In this document: positions 26,301 to 34,210 of the stretch, piece by piece
Position numbering within the stretch: the first letter of the stretch is position 1
Layout: every line of letters begins with the position of its first letter
Source of the DNA: Porphyridium purpureum
Lineage: Eukaryota
DNA: 64,000 bases
NCBI GenBank assembly: GCA_008690995.1
Contig: VRMN01000001.1
Coordinates: forward strand, 124,001 to 188,000
Direction: 5' to 3'
Translations under genes and position numbers: made by a program
The notes under the pieces: model-generated
The model's database searches: none
The model's input: the letters and a program-made list of their open reading frames with translations, nothing else
What the model was told of the DNA's origin: nothing

Positions 26301-28021
26301 CAGCCAATGACTTCCGCGTTGGATCGCTCAATCAGCGCGACAAGTTTTTGCGCTTGCTCGATCGAGAGAGGCTGATGCACTGACGCTAGACCGTAATTCT
26401 GGGCCTGCCGCGATGTGTACTCGTCCATCTTCACGTTTGGTTCTCGGACACGAGAGAAAGCACCGATGAGCGGGCTTGAAAGTTGCATGAGACGCATGCC
26501 AATTGTTGGGCGGAGACTGGTGAATATTTCTTCCCTGTCCAGCAAGCCTAGCAGCACTCGGTACGCCGAAAGTATGTGTCGCTTGAGCTTTGCGTACGCG
26601 CCTTGCTGTTGGTGCGTACCGTTGCTGCTCAAACTGTTCGCGCCACTGATCATCTGATGTTCCGAAGCAGCAGTTGCATCGAACGCGCCCATGTCGCCCT
26701 GCTGGTGATCGTCGTTGGAAGTGCTGAGCTCCTGCGCGAGCTGCAGCTTGGACCACATTTCGTCGATCACCGCCAGGCATCCCGCTCGGGCATTTTCCTC
26801 AAAGTACGACTGGCGTTGGGTGGAGTCGGTAGAATTACCGACAAGATAAGAGTAGACGCGCTTGGACAAGTTCAGTTCCCTTCGGATCAACACAAGGAGT
26901 ACGCTTTTCAACAGCCTGATCTTGCGCGTCGTACAAGTGCCATCCAGTCGTGCACGCGCCGCTTCCTCTCCTGCTTTCGATGTCAGGACCGCTGTGTCTG
27001 TACTCTCTGGTCCACGCCCAGGTCCAAATAGTGATGTGCTGCCAATGTTGAGCTCCGAGCATGTCAGGAGAAGGTCGAGCGCCGCGCGTTGCGTGAGCGC
27101 ACCTTGATCCTCCCCAAGAGCGACTGAGAGAGCTGCAGCGACTAGTTCTGGATTCGACACCAACGCATTCTTGCGTACCTGACCGTTCGGCGTGGCCGCG
27201 GCGCTGCTTAAACTTGCGTGATACGTGTTCGCCTCCACGAGTGACCTCAGATAATTGCACGCGGTAAGACGGAGCGAGCCCGGCGCTGTTAGGATGACGT
27301 GCCACAGGGATTCAGTAAACAACGCATCGTCACTCAGAACGTCACGAAACTGCGCAAGCAGGTCGGAAGCCGCGAGGAAACACTCAGAACTCTCGTCGGT
27401 ATCCTCCAGCGCGGGCAGAAGCGCCTGTATAAAACCCGATGCAACCCCGCGCAACGGTTGCGCCCCCAGTGGTAGCAAATACTGTTCGTACAGAGCGATC
27501 AGAGGACGCTTGAGCGGCATGGCCCCGTACGAGAGCAATGGAAACAAGCCCGCGCAGTACTTGGGCAGGTCTTTCGCGAGCCTGCGCGGCCCAATCCGGC
27601 CGAACACGAGATGATACGTCTCGAGCGCCTTGAGATGCACGCCCGATGGCAGCGACGGCGTCAGGCACTGAGCAAGGCGCTTTGCCAGCAAGTTTTTCTC
27701 AGGAATGTATCCATACTGTGCCGCACTTGTCCCGTTTTCCGCGTGATTGCTTGCGGCGGCCGTCACGTTGCCTGCCTGATTCTGACTCGTTTCGTCCGCA
27801 GCTTCAACACTGCTGCTGGAGGCCGCAGGAGCAGGTGCCGCAGACGCGTGCTTGAGCAGGATGCGATTCACGCGCTGCAGGTCGTGAATCAAGTCGGCCC
27901 AGTCCTGGGCACGGTCAAACGCATGCAGCGCGTTCAGCAGCTCGGAACGCAGCAACGCATACTTTCCTCCGCGCACGCGGCCGCCGCGCTCCAGGACGCG
28001 CTCCTCCTCAGACGACTCCAT
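20309..28021 (-). CDS. DOP1: Dopey family protein (DOP1/PAD-1), endosome-Golgi trafficking
   Basis: 2570-aa intronless ORF. Dopey N-terminal signature 'FDRAQDWADLI...KRLAQCLTPSLPSGVHLKALETY...GLFPLL'. Confidence 0.93.
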   Translation of the reverse strand: MESSEEERVLERGGRVRGGKYALLRSELLNALHAFDRAQDWADLIHDLQRVNRILLKHASAAPAPAASSSSVEAADETSQNQAGNVTAAASNHAENGTSAAQYGYIPEKNLLAKRLAQCLTPSLPSGVHLKALETYHLVFGRIGPRRLAKDLPKYCAGLFPLLSYGAMPLKRPLIALYEQYLLPLGAQPLRGVASGFIQALLPALEDTDESSECFLAASDLLAQFRDVLSDDALFTESLWHVILTAPGSLRLTACNYLRSLVEANTYHASLSSAAATPNGQVRKNALVSNPELVAAALSVALGEDQGALTQRAALDLLLTCSELNIGSTSLFGPGRGPESTDTAVLTSKAGEEAARARLDGTCTTRKIRLLKSVLLVLIRRELNLSKRVYSYLVGNSTDSTQRQSYFEENARAGCLAVIDEMWSKLQLAQELSTSNDDHQQGDMGAFDATAASEHQMISGANSLSSNGTHQQQGAYAKLKRHILSAYRVLLGLLDREEIFTSLRPTIGMRLMQLSSPLIGAFSRVREPNVKMDEYTSRQAQNYGLASVHQPLSIEQAQKLVALIERSNAEVIGCIGNDAFYADLCKYMLHTQTLAESQSSFFSVVLLALQTLPLNSREAQLDWIPSLLATCAGFYERVLMRDDGSADSQEGIDLTRALDTHTDVALHGWMQVTILLLSALSRAENKRCTTLFMRSAVQIATVFWIWLYMRVRVERVCSDMRPLNQASESFEAESHSHQTQDQTIADAGVGRGASDDLGLSGQASDLQVSVALAGTSIISGLLLRATASLGTVKDASALDDSSFALMTLVRLVLICANRCVVSSSLGIVFAGLRTLIDVSRYVPRERREKVKKEPLSELFALMDGSAPALQKHSVSDAFCIRMGKLIGMRSGFELDQSENILYLSGDASRVDMDQRVMQRLGLLIAFDASEAPESIEMGLIRPCICRAWRLLHPSRASANAACAELWLGLERSFTDAAHALVADGILADASSGKRLFSVDSANAKPALASARLQNLQCLASLWDLSIEHHLLMSVATSDALLCLFLDAASSGSGSSNGLQICNKENLSVCAFVQTWLARMMRFAPGTLLDPLFRLLLLPARVYSEQPELTSAFASESFDVARSQYAIQRIRDLVSLHAVGAATGPPANAALFGTADGFGQAAAGSLSPILSQSSNMNGMNASPLTTTGRGGGDRMDGLMELLFEPTSTMESLLRAKCSVEVSMSLSALYDNFKKSSTRSSGAGGAQSHIHEDLRVQELKLRKLALTNFVEDGDGGGTYLHAILIVAFECIGHYVLIQLAVMAQTSVAQSADEKERDDPSDIMLRPSKSKLRALAIMAAELLAKLFSAASSSLVSSWSSSVASAQQVRAHIAQAFLQNLFYSIALDDKMLQKHLLDALESFFWVSSLARAHERGPSAAGDDGESHASQVGSTGGGHLTPELPPQSQASDSFAATLAPCVWHGLRNACVFRHDADGAYGDAFVSRWTQFCLLTIRMCSWNHGVGVGFSDVFDVTFLPQLVFGSLHILGGELMESVERPVQGSTCSNLTILRSVRQVIIGAMSTNATLSSLSGRLSLQAENGATLLTHQDKSASSAAAGQPNYSGSAGRSAFEYIEGLMRDTFISSSSSGHSDRLLGQMTGAISKQIARDVHCTVFALMPRLVECFAHAWIPARVASVSSMYDAFFWMLDEHGNQNVQHPQLRDHRQRLQQVAPRAQLAAQGHRGRAFILSTLNSFGVLYPSDLMFVLVHVWWRVHARFLTLPLGIMNGCISVDEAQSARARMIKYQTIQEYVLDIVLKCGRFPGSPVLASGSVGAAVIAHPLHALAMIVHVCMSVNEGAQEVREASKWMRTLSKSCLDGFMSLFQNVENSPRSPARRRKGDHGSEFMRASELNLNGALGFLPRMQTFAEEPGTATGSGGRFNPGAGSASMSQPTSSVIQAAATAKYAYLSAAGSVPAADDLAFMDLAIGTCQAANALIGTLSLLTQVIDFCASSSTASSNESLFQQQISSAVPVLLTCCRAVISESTNAGAQICTVRLLSSIVRCSGSAADGSDRRMKKEIAALATQALASCSSLIAGNMTISSTDLENAAQSIRALRTPSESGEAHETPDRQQLTLHFGVMALAVARAHAVELLDVAQQEDRVSAISMLQSLLSVCASRIKTGTRGLLSAVEPSSVSVCVSAVAYAMDLITILSRKDWSAKLARREVFGLLEDTALLVALSKHRALQTHVGRLISQVVAVERASLSVIAASMPNGLGSSATSGGGSSSSTNSSTRDQSQASGERSMIVAGGRSGTATTVSLGAVSSAIGSSIGKALMLGSSDLDLSAVVKTVCRMVYVLYFAGNQHGSRGFDEQTPFVLERLRDLFRIGHARITQAALLCARVLLIRSSSVAFSPIKASIVSELFRILEAPQRSYIESIAALRFLRLARALCSHDFNYELCFFLIDKAPGSTSVASDPGSPADNAQGIMPLVTRIALGPELGEDAARAPWVRAFELGGSDAASSGTGPEPERAKGQDHSAGEEDAVAMYTLAGMLQRLHEDPYMSARVRESDFESEILFEMTALNRWSLERT

Positions 28022-28136
28022 GAATCACCGCGCGCGGCGCCCGACGCGACCCTGCGCGCGCGCGCGTATTCTGTGACCTGCCGCCGGGTCCACAAGGTCC
28101 CAGCGGTCGGCGAATCGCTCAATAGGCGTGTGGCAC

Positions 28137-28414
28137 TGTAGTGTACACTGGGTGTACACCTCGTGGCTGTGTACAGTATGGGTAGAGGAGCGCGCCGCGA
28201 TTGTAAGCGGCCGGAGAGCGTGGACGGTCTCACTAGCCCGCTCTTTCGGGTAAGGAGTGTTTTCTTGGAGCGTGCTCGTCGACTACCAGTAAAGCTGTGT
28301 TTGTTGGTTACTGCGGCACTGCCACACCCTTCACGCGCACACGAACAGCGCGTACGCGTGAGCTCGATCGCCGCACCACTCCGTTGGCCATCGAGGAGGA
28401 CGTATTCCTCTACT
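28137..28414 (+). repeat. 5' LTR (TGTAG...CTACT)
   Basis: Direct repeat of 33718-33995. Confidence 0.97.
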
Positions 28415-28429
28415 CACGCTCCAAGAAAA
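28415..28429 (+). promoter_or_regulatory. Primer-binding site complementary to the element's own LTR (28260-28274)
   Basis: CACGCTCCAAGAAAA abuts the LTR end and is the exact reverse complement of TTTTCTTGGAGCGTG. It has no TGG start (complement of tRNA CCA). Confidence 0.85.
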
Positions 28430-28462
28430 TCTGAGAGTCTGCGACACCGGTGACAAACGAGA

Positions 28463-29572
28463 ATGTCACGTGTCGGACAAAGCGGCGCAGGCCGTTCGCC
28501 GCACCCACGCGAAGCCGGTCTTGTAGAGACACTTCCGCTGCTCACTTACGACAGCACGCGTGTGGTGCCGGCCGCGGTGGTAGTTTGGGTCGAGGAGCTC
28601 GGCAACTACTGCAAGAAGGAATACGGCGCTATCGGCACAGCGTTTGCGATAGAGCGCCAAGGACGCGTGTACCCCACCTTGCCGACGATCCCGCAAGCAA
28701 CCCCAGGGCTCGGGGAGGCGGGACGGGAGGATTGGTACAGCGCCACCGTCGCCAAGGAAGAGCTCAAGCTGGCGCTCGCGGCGCGCTCGGACGCGATACG
28801 CAAGGACAAGGAAACTCGCGTGCGCGTGTTTGGACTCATCATGGGCCAACTGAGCCGCGCATCTAAGGAAGCGCTGGCCGTAAAGCCCGGCTGGAGTCAA
28901 CTCGTACGAGAATCGGACGATCCGCTGCAGCTTCTCGAGCGCGTGATCGAGGCGCACCTGACCCGTGGCTACGACGACCCGCTGCGTAACCAGCAGTATG
29001 CTCGCATGTCGTACGATCAACTGAGAGTTGGAGCAGACGAATCACTTGTTTCGTTCAAGACGCGCTTCAAGGCAGCGGTGATGGCCCTTGAAGCCGTGGG
29101 CGAACCAGTGCCGTCTTCCGAGCGCTGCGCGGCTGACTTTATCCTAAAGCTTGAAGGTACGCGCTGGGACGAAGCCGTACGCAAGTGCAACAACGAGCAC
29201 CGACGGTTCGACACGGTCGACCAGGCAATGTCTTTCATGGCGCAGTTCGCGTACGCGAAACAACCGGTACAGGGTCGCACTTGGCGGACGGACACCGAAC
29301 ACCCAGAAGACGAGGACACAGATGATGTGGAGCTCGCAGCAGCACCACGCGTACGCGAATGCTACAACTGCGGCGCGGATGATCATCTCCTTCGCGACTG
29401 CCACGCGCGACCGCTGGACAGCGGAATGGCCGATAGGATGCGCGCGGCGAAGGAGAGGCAGGCGCGCATGGCGAGGCGCGACACGCGCGGACGCGGGCCG
29501 GTGCTGGCCGGGGCGACGGAGCAACAGCTGCGGGCCGCACTTGACGCGTTGAAAAGGAACGCCGATGCATGA
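28463..29572 (+). CDS. gag: Copia Gag with CCHC zinc knuckle
   Basis: 369 aa; 'CYNCGADDHLLRDC' knuckle; ends in TGA in frame with pol. Confidence 0.93.
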   Translation: MSRVGQSGAGRSPHPREAGLVETLPLLTYDSTRVVPAAVVVWVEELGNYCKKEYGAIGTAFAIERQGRVYPTLPTIPQATPGLGEAGREDWYSATVAKEELKLALAARSDAIRKDKETRVRVFGLIMGQLSRASKEALAVKPGWSQLVRESDDPLQLLERVIEAHLTRGYDDPLRNQQYARMSYDQLRVGADESLVSFKTRFKAAVMALEAVGEPVPSSERCAADFILKLEGTRWDEAVRKCNNEHRRFDTVDQAMSFMAQFAYAKQPVQGRTWRTDTEHPEDEDTDDVELAAAPRVRECYNCGADDHLLRDCHARPLDSGMADRMRAAKERQARMARRDTRGRGPVLAGATEQQLRAALDALKRNADA

Positions 29573-32500
29573 CGGTGTGCGACGTGGCCCACGGGCTTCG
29601 GTGACGAGATACCTTTGGGTCTCGACACCTGCTCGGGTGTTCACGTCATGAAGGATAAGGGGTTAGTCCATCGGGTAAAGAAAATTGACGAGTATTTGCT
29701 GCTGTCCGGAATTGACGCGCGGGCGAGCGAGCTGGCCATCGGGCACGGCGGTGAGACGGCCTTCGGCATGGCGTACGTCAACGAGAACCTTGCAGGCAAC
29801 GTGCTGTCTATGACCAAGCTGGTCGCGGAAGGGCATGATGTACGCTTCGACGCGGATGAGAACCGCTTCCGCGTACGCGTGCCGAACTCCAAGCGCTGGC
29901 TGGTCTTCGCGCCCGATGCACACGGAATGTACACTGCGATGATACGGCGTGCAGATCTCGTGCACACGACGGGCCCAGCATACAAGAAGGCAGCCACGAA
30001 TAAGGACAACCGGAACAGCTGCCGGGCCGGTCCATCGTCTGCCAAGGCTTGGACCTCAAGCACAATCACGACGGTCGCCAGCAACCTTGCCCGATGCACG
30101 GTACGCGAGGTTGAACGCGCACGCGCCGCTCGCTCTCTGCAGGCGAGGCTGGGATTCCCATCCTTTGGTGTGCTGAAGCGCATGCTTCAGCGCGGGGACA
30201 TAAGCAACTGTGACGTCACGTCGGCGGACCTCGAGCGTGCGAATGCAATCTGGGGCACTCCACTGCCGTGTGTGAAGGGAAAGACAACGGGACACGCGAC
30301 ACCGAGGCTGTCTGAAACGGTCACCACTGGTCCCAAAGCGCGCCAGGTGATGCACTCCGACCTGATGTTCATCTCGAAGGTGCCTTTCCTCGTGTCGGTC
30401 TTGAAACCGAGTCAATACATCCTGGCCACCGAGCTGAAGCGGAAGGACGCGCCTTCGGTGCGCGCGGCGGTGCAGCGGCGGTTGAACGAGGCCCGCGGGC
30501 ATGGAGTGCAGATACCTGAGATTCGGTTCGACCGTGAAAGCGCAGTCCTGTCGCTCTGGATCGAGTTGATGGAGGCCGGCATCCTGCCCGAGCTAACCGC
30601 GGCAGACGAGGTGGTGCCCGCCGCTGAGCGAGCGATTCGCCTTCTAAAGGAAAGGGTCCGCACATTGTCGTACGACCTGCCGTACACCATGCCATTATGC
30701 ATGCTGCCGGGAGCCGTGGAGTTCTCTCGACAGAGACTGAACATGGTGACGAGCGAGGCCTCCGACGCGGGCGAACCGGCGCACGCCATCTACTTTGGTC
30801 GTAAAGTAGACGCGAAGACGGACCTACGTGCTCCATTCGGGGCGTATGTCCAGGCACATACAGCGTCCGTGGACAGCACGATGAGGCCCAGAACGTTGGG
30901 CTGCCTCACCCTGCATTCCGCCGAGAATGCTGCGGGAAGCTGGGTGCTCATGAATCTGAACACACTGAAGCCCATCGTCAGACAGGTGTGGACAGAGCTC
31001 CCGGTACCGGACCACCTGATCACGTACGTAAATGCGCTCCCAACCGTGGCAGGCATCGACGATGGCGATCAGGACCTCGGCCGCACGGAGGTGGAACTCT
31101 CGCAGGAGGAAGACAAAGAGACGGCGGAGGTCGAGGCGGCGCTGAAAAACGGCGGGCCGGTCGACGAGCCAGCGGCGGAGGGGCACACGTATCTGGACCA
31201 GCCAGAAGACGCGGTACTGCGTGAACAGGCGCAGACTCCGACACACGCCGACACCGATCACCCCGCACCGGCGGGCGCCGACGTGCTGAGTAAGGATGAG
31301 TCACCGTCCACTCCCACGCAGTTGCGCATGGAAGAGATGCGACGTGCAGCGGATTCACTCTTCGAGGCGGGGCGAGCAATGACGCCAACGACTGCGGAAG
31401 CGACCGGCGAGGGTCTGCCAAGCACGGACGCAGTACTGCCGGAGCCGCTTATCGTGGCAGAATCTGTGGAAACCCATGTGCCCGAGGAAGAGGCGTCGAC
31501 TGATCCACCCGCTACTGCCGCACGGCCGCACGGCGACGCCACAATCACCAGTCCGGACGCTTCAGACGGCGAAGCGGCCTTGACCCCCTCGGTCGCCGAG
31601 GTGACAATGGAACAGGCCAAAGCGCGGGTGGAAGCAATTGAAGAGAAGCTGCGAGCGCTGGAGGAACGTGAGGCGCGTCTGCTGAGTCAGATGACCACGG
31701 AGCCATCGTACGCGGACGCCGTCCGAAATGCGGTACCGCGCACGAGCGAAGCCGAGCATGCCCGCGCCGTCAGCTCTCCGCGTCGGACACGGAAGCGGAA
31801 AGCAGAAGGGACATTCCCGGACGTCGAGCGCGAAAAGAATGAGCGGCTATCGCGCCGCGAGAAGGAACGCCTGCGTGTACGGCGCGCGCCGGAGGTCGTG
31901 GTCGCCCTGAAACGAGAGGCGGAGGACTTGCTATCTTCTGCGATGCCGGGAAAGCGCAGACACAAAACGCTGAGGATCGGCGTACGCCAGGCGATACGCC
32001 AATACGGTATGGAAGGACTCAAGGCGATTGTCGCTGAGCTGTTGCAGCTGTCCAAGCACGGTCTGGACGTGCTGGAGCCGGTCCACGTGCACACGCTCAC
32101 GAAGAAACAACGAGACGGGATCATACCGTCGTTCATGTTCGTGAAGGAGAAGCACGATGCTTCAGGCGCCTTGGAGAAAATCAAAGCACGAATGGTGGCC
32201 GGCGGGAACGAGCAAGATCGATCGGAGTACTCCGACTGTTCGTCCCCCACGGTGGCGACCGAGGCTATTTTCTTACTGGCAGCCGAGGCAGCGAGAAGCG
32301 GTGCCGCAGTCGCCACGATTGATTTCCCCGGGGCATTTCTCAACGCAAGCATCCCCGACAGCGACCCACACACGTACGTGAGGATCAACAGAAACCTGAC
32401 CGGGCTGCTCGCCGCCGTAGATAAGCGCATGAAGCAGTTCGTCAAGAACGGTGTTCTGGTCTGCAGGTTGAAGCGCCCGTTGTATGGATGCATCGATGCG

Positions 32501-33631
32501 TCCAAGCGTTGGTATGACCACCTCTGCGAAATGTTGAGCGAGCTCGGATTCGAACAGAATGCTTACGACGCTTGTGTCTTGCGGAAAGTCTCCCGTACGG
32601 GCGAGCCTTCCGTCACAGCGCTTGTGCACGTGGACGACGTGAAGCTGATCGCAGAAAGCGAGCAAGCGATTGATGAAGTGGTGGCGCGCGTACGCGAAAG
32701 GTTTCCGTCGCTGCAGGAGCACCGAGGGCGCACACACAGCTACCTGGGGATGGAGTTTGACTATACCTCCCCGGGGGTGGTGCGCATCGGGATGGGCGGG
32801 TTTGTAGACTCTTTACTGCGAGAGAATGACGTACGCGGTACCGCAGACACGCCCGCTCAAGCCGGGTTGTTCGTGGATGACGAGTCGCAGTTACTGACGT
32901 CGCACGACAAGGAGGCGTTCCACAGCGCCACCGCAAAGGTACTATACCTCGCGAAGCGCATACGCCCGGACCTGCTCACTGCGGTAGCGTTTCTGGCTAC
33001 GCGAGTACAGGCCCCGGGCGAGAATGACCGCGCGAAGCTGACCCGCCTGCTGAGGTACCTCAACAAGACGCGAGACATGAGGCTGGAGCTGGGCACGGGT
33101 TGGGTTGCAGACGAGCGCGAGCCCGATTGCGCGAGCCATGCGGAGCCGCACGTAGAGTGCTATGTCGACGCCTCATTCGCGACACATGCGAACATGAGGA
33201 GCCACACGGGTGGCGTTGTGAGCCTGGGCCGCGGCGCGGCGTACGCCACCAGTGTCAAGCAGAAGCTCAACACAAAGAGCTCCACCGAAGCGGAACTGGT
33301 GGGCGTGAGCGATGTGATCGGGCAAGCGATATGGACGCGGAACTTCCTCGAGGCGCAGGGCATCCGCACAGCTGGCGTACGCCTACACCAGGACAACGAG
33401 GCGACCATGTCTCTCCTTGCACACGGTCGGGCGACCTCGCGTAGGTCGCGCCACATCGCGATCAAACACTTCTTCACGCACGATCTGCTGAAGAGGCGAG
33501 TCGCGACGATGGTACATTGTAGCACCGAGGTCATGATCGCGGACCTGCTGACCAAACCGCTGCAGGGAAAGAGGTTCGCACACCTCCGTGATATGATCCT
33601 CGGGCGTGCGCCGACAGCGCAAGAACCGTAG
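29573..33631 (+). CDS. pol: Copia Pol (protease-integrase-RT-RNase H), in frame with gag after one TGA
   Basis: PR 'GLDTCSGVHV'; INT 'MHSDLMF..IRFDRES..AERAIR'; RT 'KIKARMVAGG..IDFPGAFL..PLYG..HVDD'; RH 'YVDASFA..KSSTEAELV..QDN..IADLLTKPL'. Open from 29573 to the stop at 33631. Confidence 0.95.
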   Translation, partial: RCATWPTGFGDEIPLGLDTCSGVHVMKDKGLVHRVKKIDEYLLLSGIDARASELAIGHGGETAFGMAYVNENLAGNVLSMTKLVAEGHDVRFDADENRFRVRVPNSKRWLVFAPDAHGMYTAMIRRADLVHTTGPAYKKAATNKDNRNSCRAGPSSAKAWTSSTITTVASNLARCTVREVERARAARSLQARLGFPSFGVLKRMLQRGDISNCDVTSADLERANAIWGTPLPCVKGKTTGHATPRLSETVTTGPKARQVMHSDLMFISKVPFLVSVLKPSQYILATELKRKDAPSVRAAVQRRLNEARGHGVQIPEIRFDRESAVLSLWIELMEAGILPELTAADEVVPAAERAIRLLKERVRTLSYDLPYTMPLCMLPGAVEFSRQRLNMVTSEASDAGEPAHAIYFGRKVDAKTDLRAPFGAYVQAHTASVDSTMRPRTLGCLTLHSAENAAGSWVLMNLNTLKPIVRQVWTELPVPDHLITYVNALPTVAGIDDGDQDLGRTEVELSQEEDKETAEVEAALKNGGPVDEPAAEGHTYLDQPEDAVLREQAQTPTHADTDHPAPAGADVLSKDESPSTPTQLRMEEMRRAADSLFEAGRAMTPTTAEATGEGLPSTDAVLPEPLIVAESVETHVPEEEASTDPPATAARPHGDATITSPDASDGEAALTPSVAEVTMEQAKARVEAIEEKLRALEEREARLLSQMTTEPSYADAVRNAVPRTSEAEHARAVSSPRRTRKRKAEGTFPDVEREKNERLSRREKERLRVRRAPEVVVALKREAEDLLSSAMPGKRRHKTLRIGVRQAIRQYGMEGLKAIVAELLQLSKHGLDVLEPVHVHTLTKKQRDGIIPSFMFVKEKHDASGALEKIKARMVAGGNEQDRSEYSDCSSPTVATEAIFLLAAEAARSGAAVATIDFPGAFLNASIPDSDPHTYVRINRNLTGLLAAVDKRMKQFVKNGVLVCRLKRPLYGCIDASKRWYDHLCEMLSELGFEQNAYDACVLRKVSRTGEPSVTALVHVDDVKLIAESEQAIDEVVARVRERFPSLQEHRGRTHSYLGMEFDYTSPGVVRIGMGGFVDSLLRENDVRGTADTPAQAGLFVDDESQLLTSHDKEAFHSATAKVLYLAKRIRPDLLTAVAFLATRVQAPGENDRAKLTRLLRYLNKTRDMRLELGTGWVADEREPDCASHAEPHVECYVDASFATHANMRSHTGGVVSLGRGAAYATSVKQKLNTKSSTEAELVGVSDVIGQAIWTRNFLEAQGIRTAGVRLHQDNEATMSLLAHGRATSRRSRHIAIKHFFTHDLLKRRVATMVHCSTEVMIADLLTKPLQGKRFAHLRDMILGRAPTAQEP

Positions 33632-33717
33632 GGCGTACGCATCGTCTCGTGTGACTCGCTTCGCCGTCGGGTGGCTTGTGTGGAGCGGGTGGTAGCTTCC
33701 ATCGCGGCGAAGGAGTG

Positions 33718-33995
33718 TGTAGTGTACACTGGGTGTACACCTCGTGGCTGTGTACAGTATGGGTAGAGGAGCGCGCCGCGATTGTAAGCGGCCGGAGAGC
33801 GTGGACGGTCTCACTAGCCCGCTCTTTCGGGTAAGGAGTGTTTTCTTGGAGCGTGCTCGTCGACTACCAGTAAAGCTGTGTTTGTTGGTTACTGCGGCAC
33901 TGCCACACCCTTCACGCGCACACGAACAGCGCGTACGCGTGAGCTCGATCGCCGCACCACTCCGTTGGCCATCGAGGAGGACGTATTCCTCTACT
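33718..33995 (+). repeat. 3' LTR
   Basis: Identical to 28137-28414; preceded by purine-rich GAAGGAGTG (putative PPT). Confidence 0.97.
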
Positions 33996-34210
33996 GGCAC
34001 TTTCGTCCTTGGTGTCCAGGTACAGCCGTCACACACAAGTAGAAGCGGGAGACGCAGAGAAGTTTATGGAAAGGAGCAAATGGACCTGGCCAGACGAGGC
34101 AGACCGACGTTTGATTTCGTCCACACCGCTCCGGCGGAAGCGCCGCACAGTGGGCTGAAACAAAAGGATACGTGCTTGTTCGCTGTCCCGCGTGACATGG
34201 GGCTCGCGTG

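Larger units (their letters stand above)
28137..33995 (+). mobile_element. Intact Ty1/Copia LTR retrotransposon (self-priming PBS, readthrough gag-pol)
   Basis: Two 278-bp LTRs identical by eye (28137-28414, 33718-33995); TSD GGCAC (28132-36, 33996-34000); gag plus PR-INT-RT-RH order. Confidence 0.97.

Noticed and set aside
29569..29604. ATGA start/stop overlap at the gag end as a coupled reinitiation site for pol
   Set aside because: That ATG is in the -1 frame and stops after 11 codons; pol is in the gag frame.
28131..34001. 7-bp TSD TGGCACT with GTAG...CTAC termini
   Set aside because: Both internal LTR edges share the terminal T bases, and the solo LTR gives a clean 5-bp TSD with TG...CT ends.
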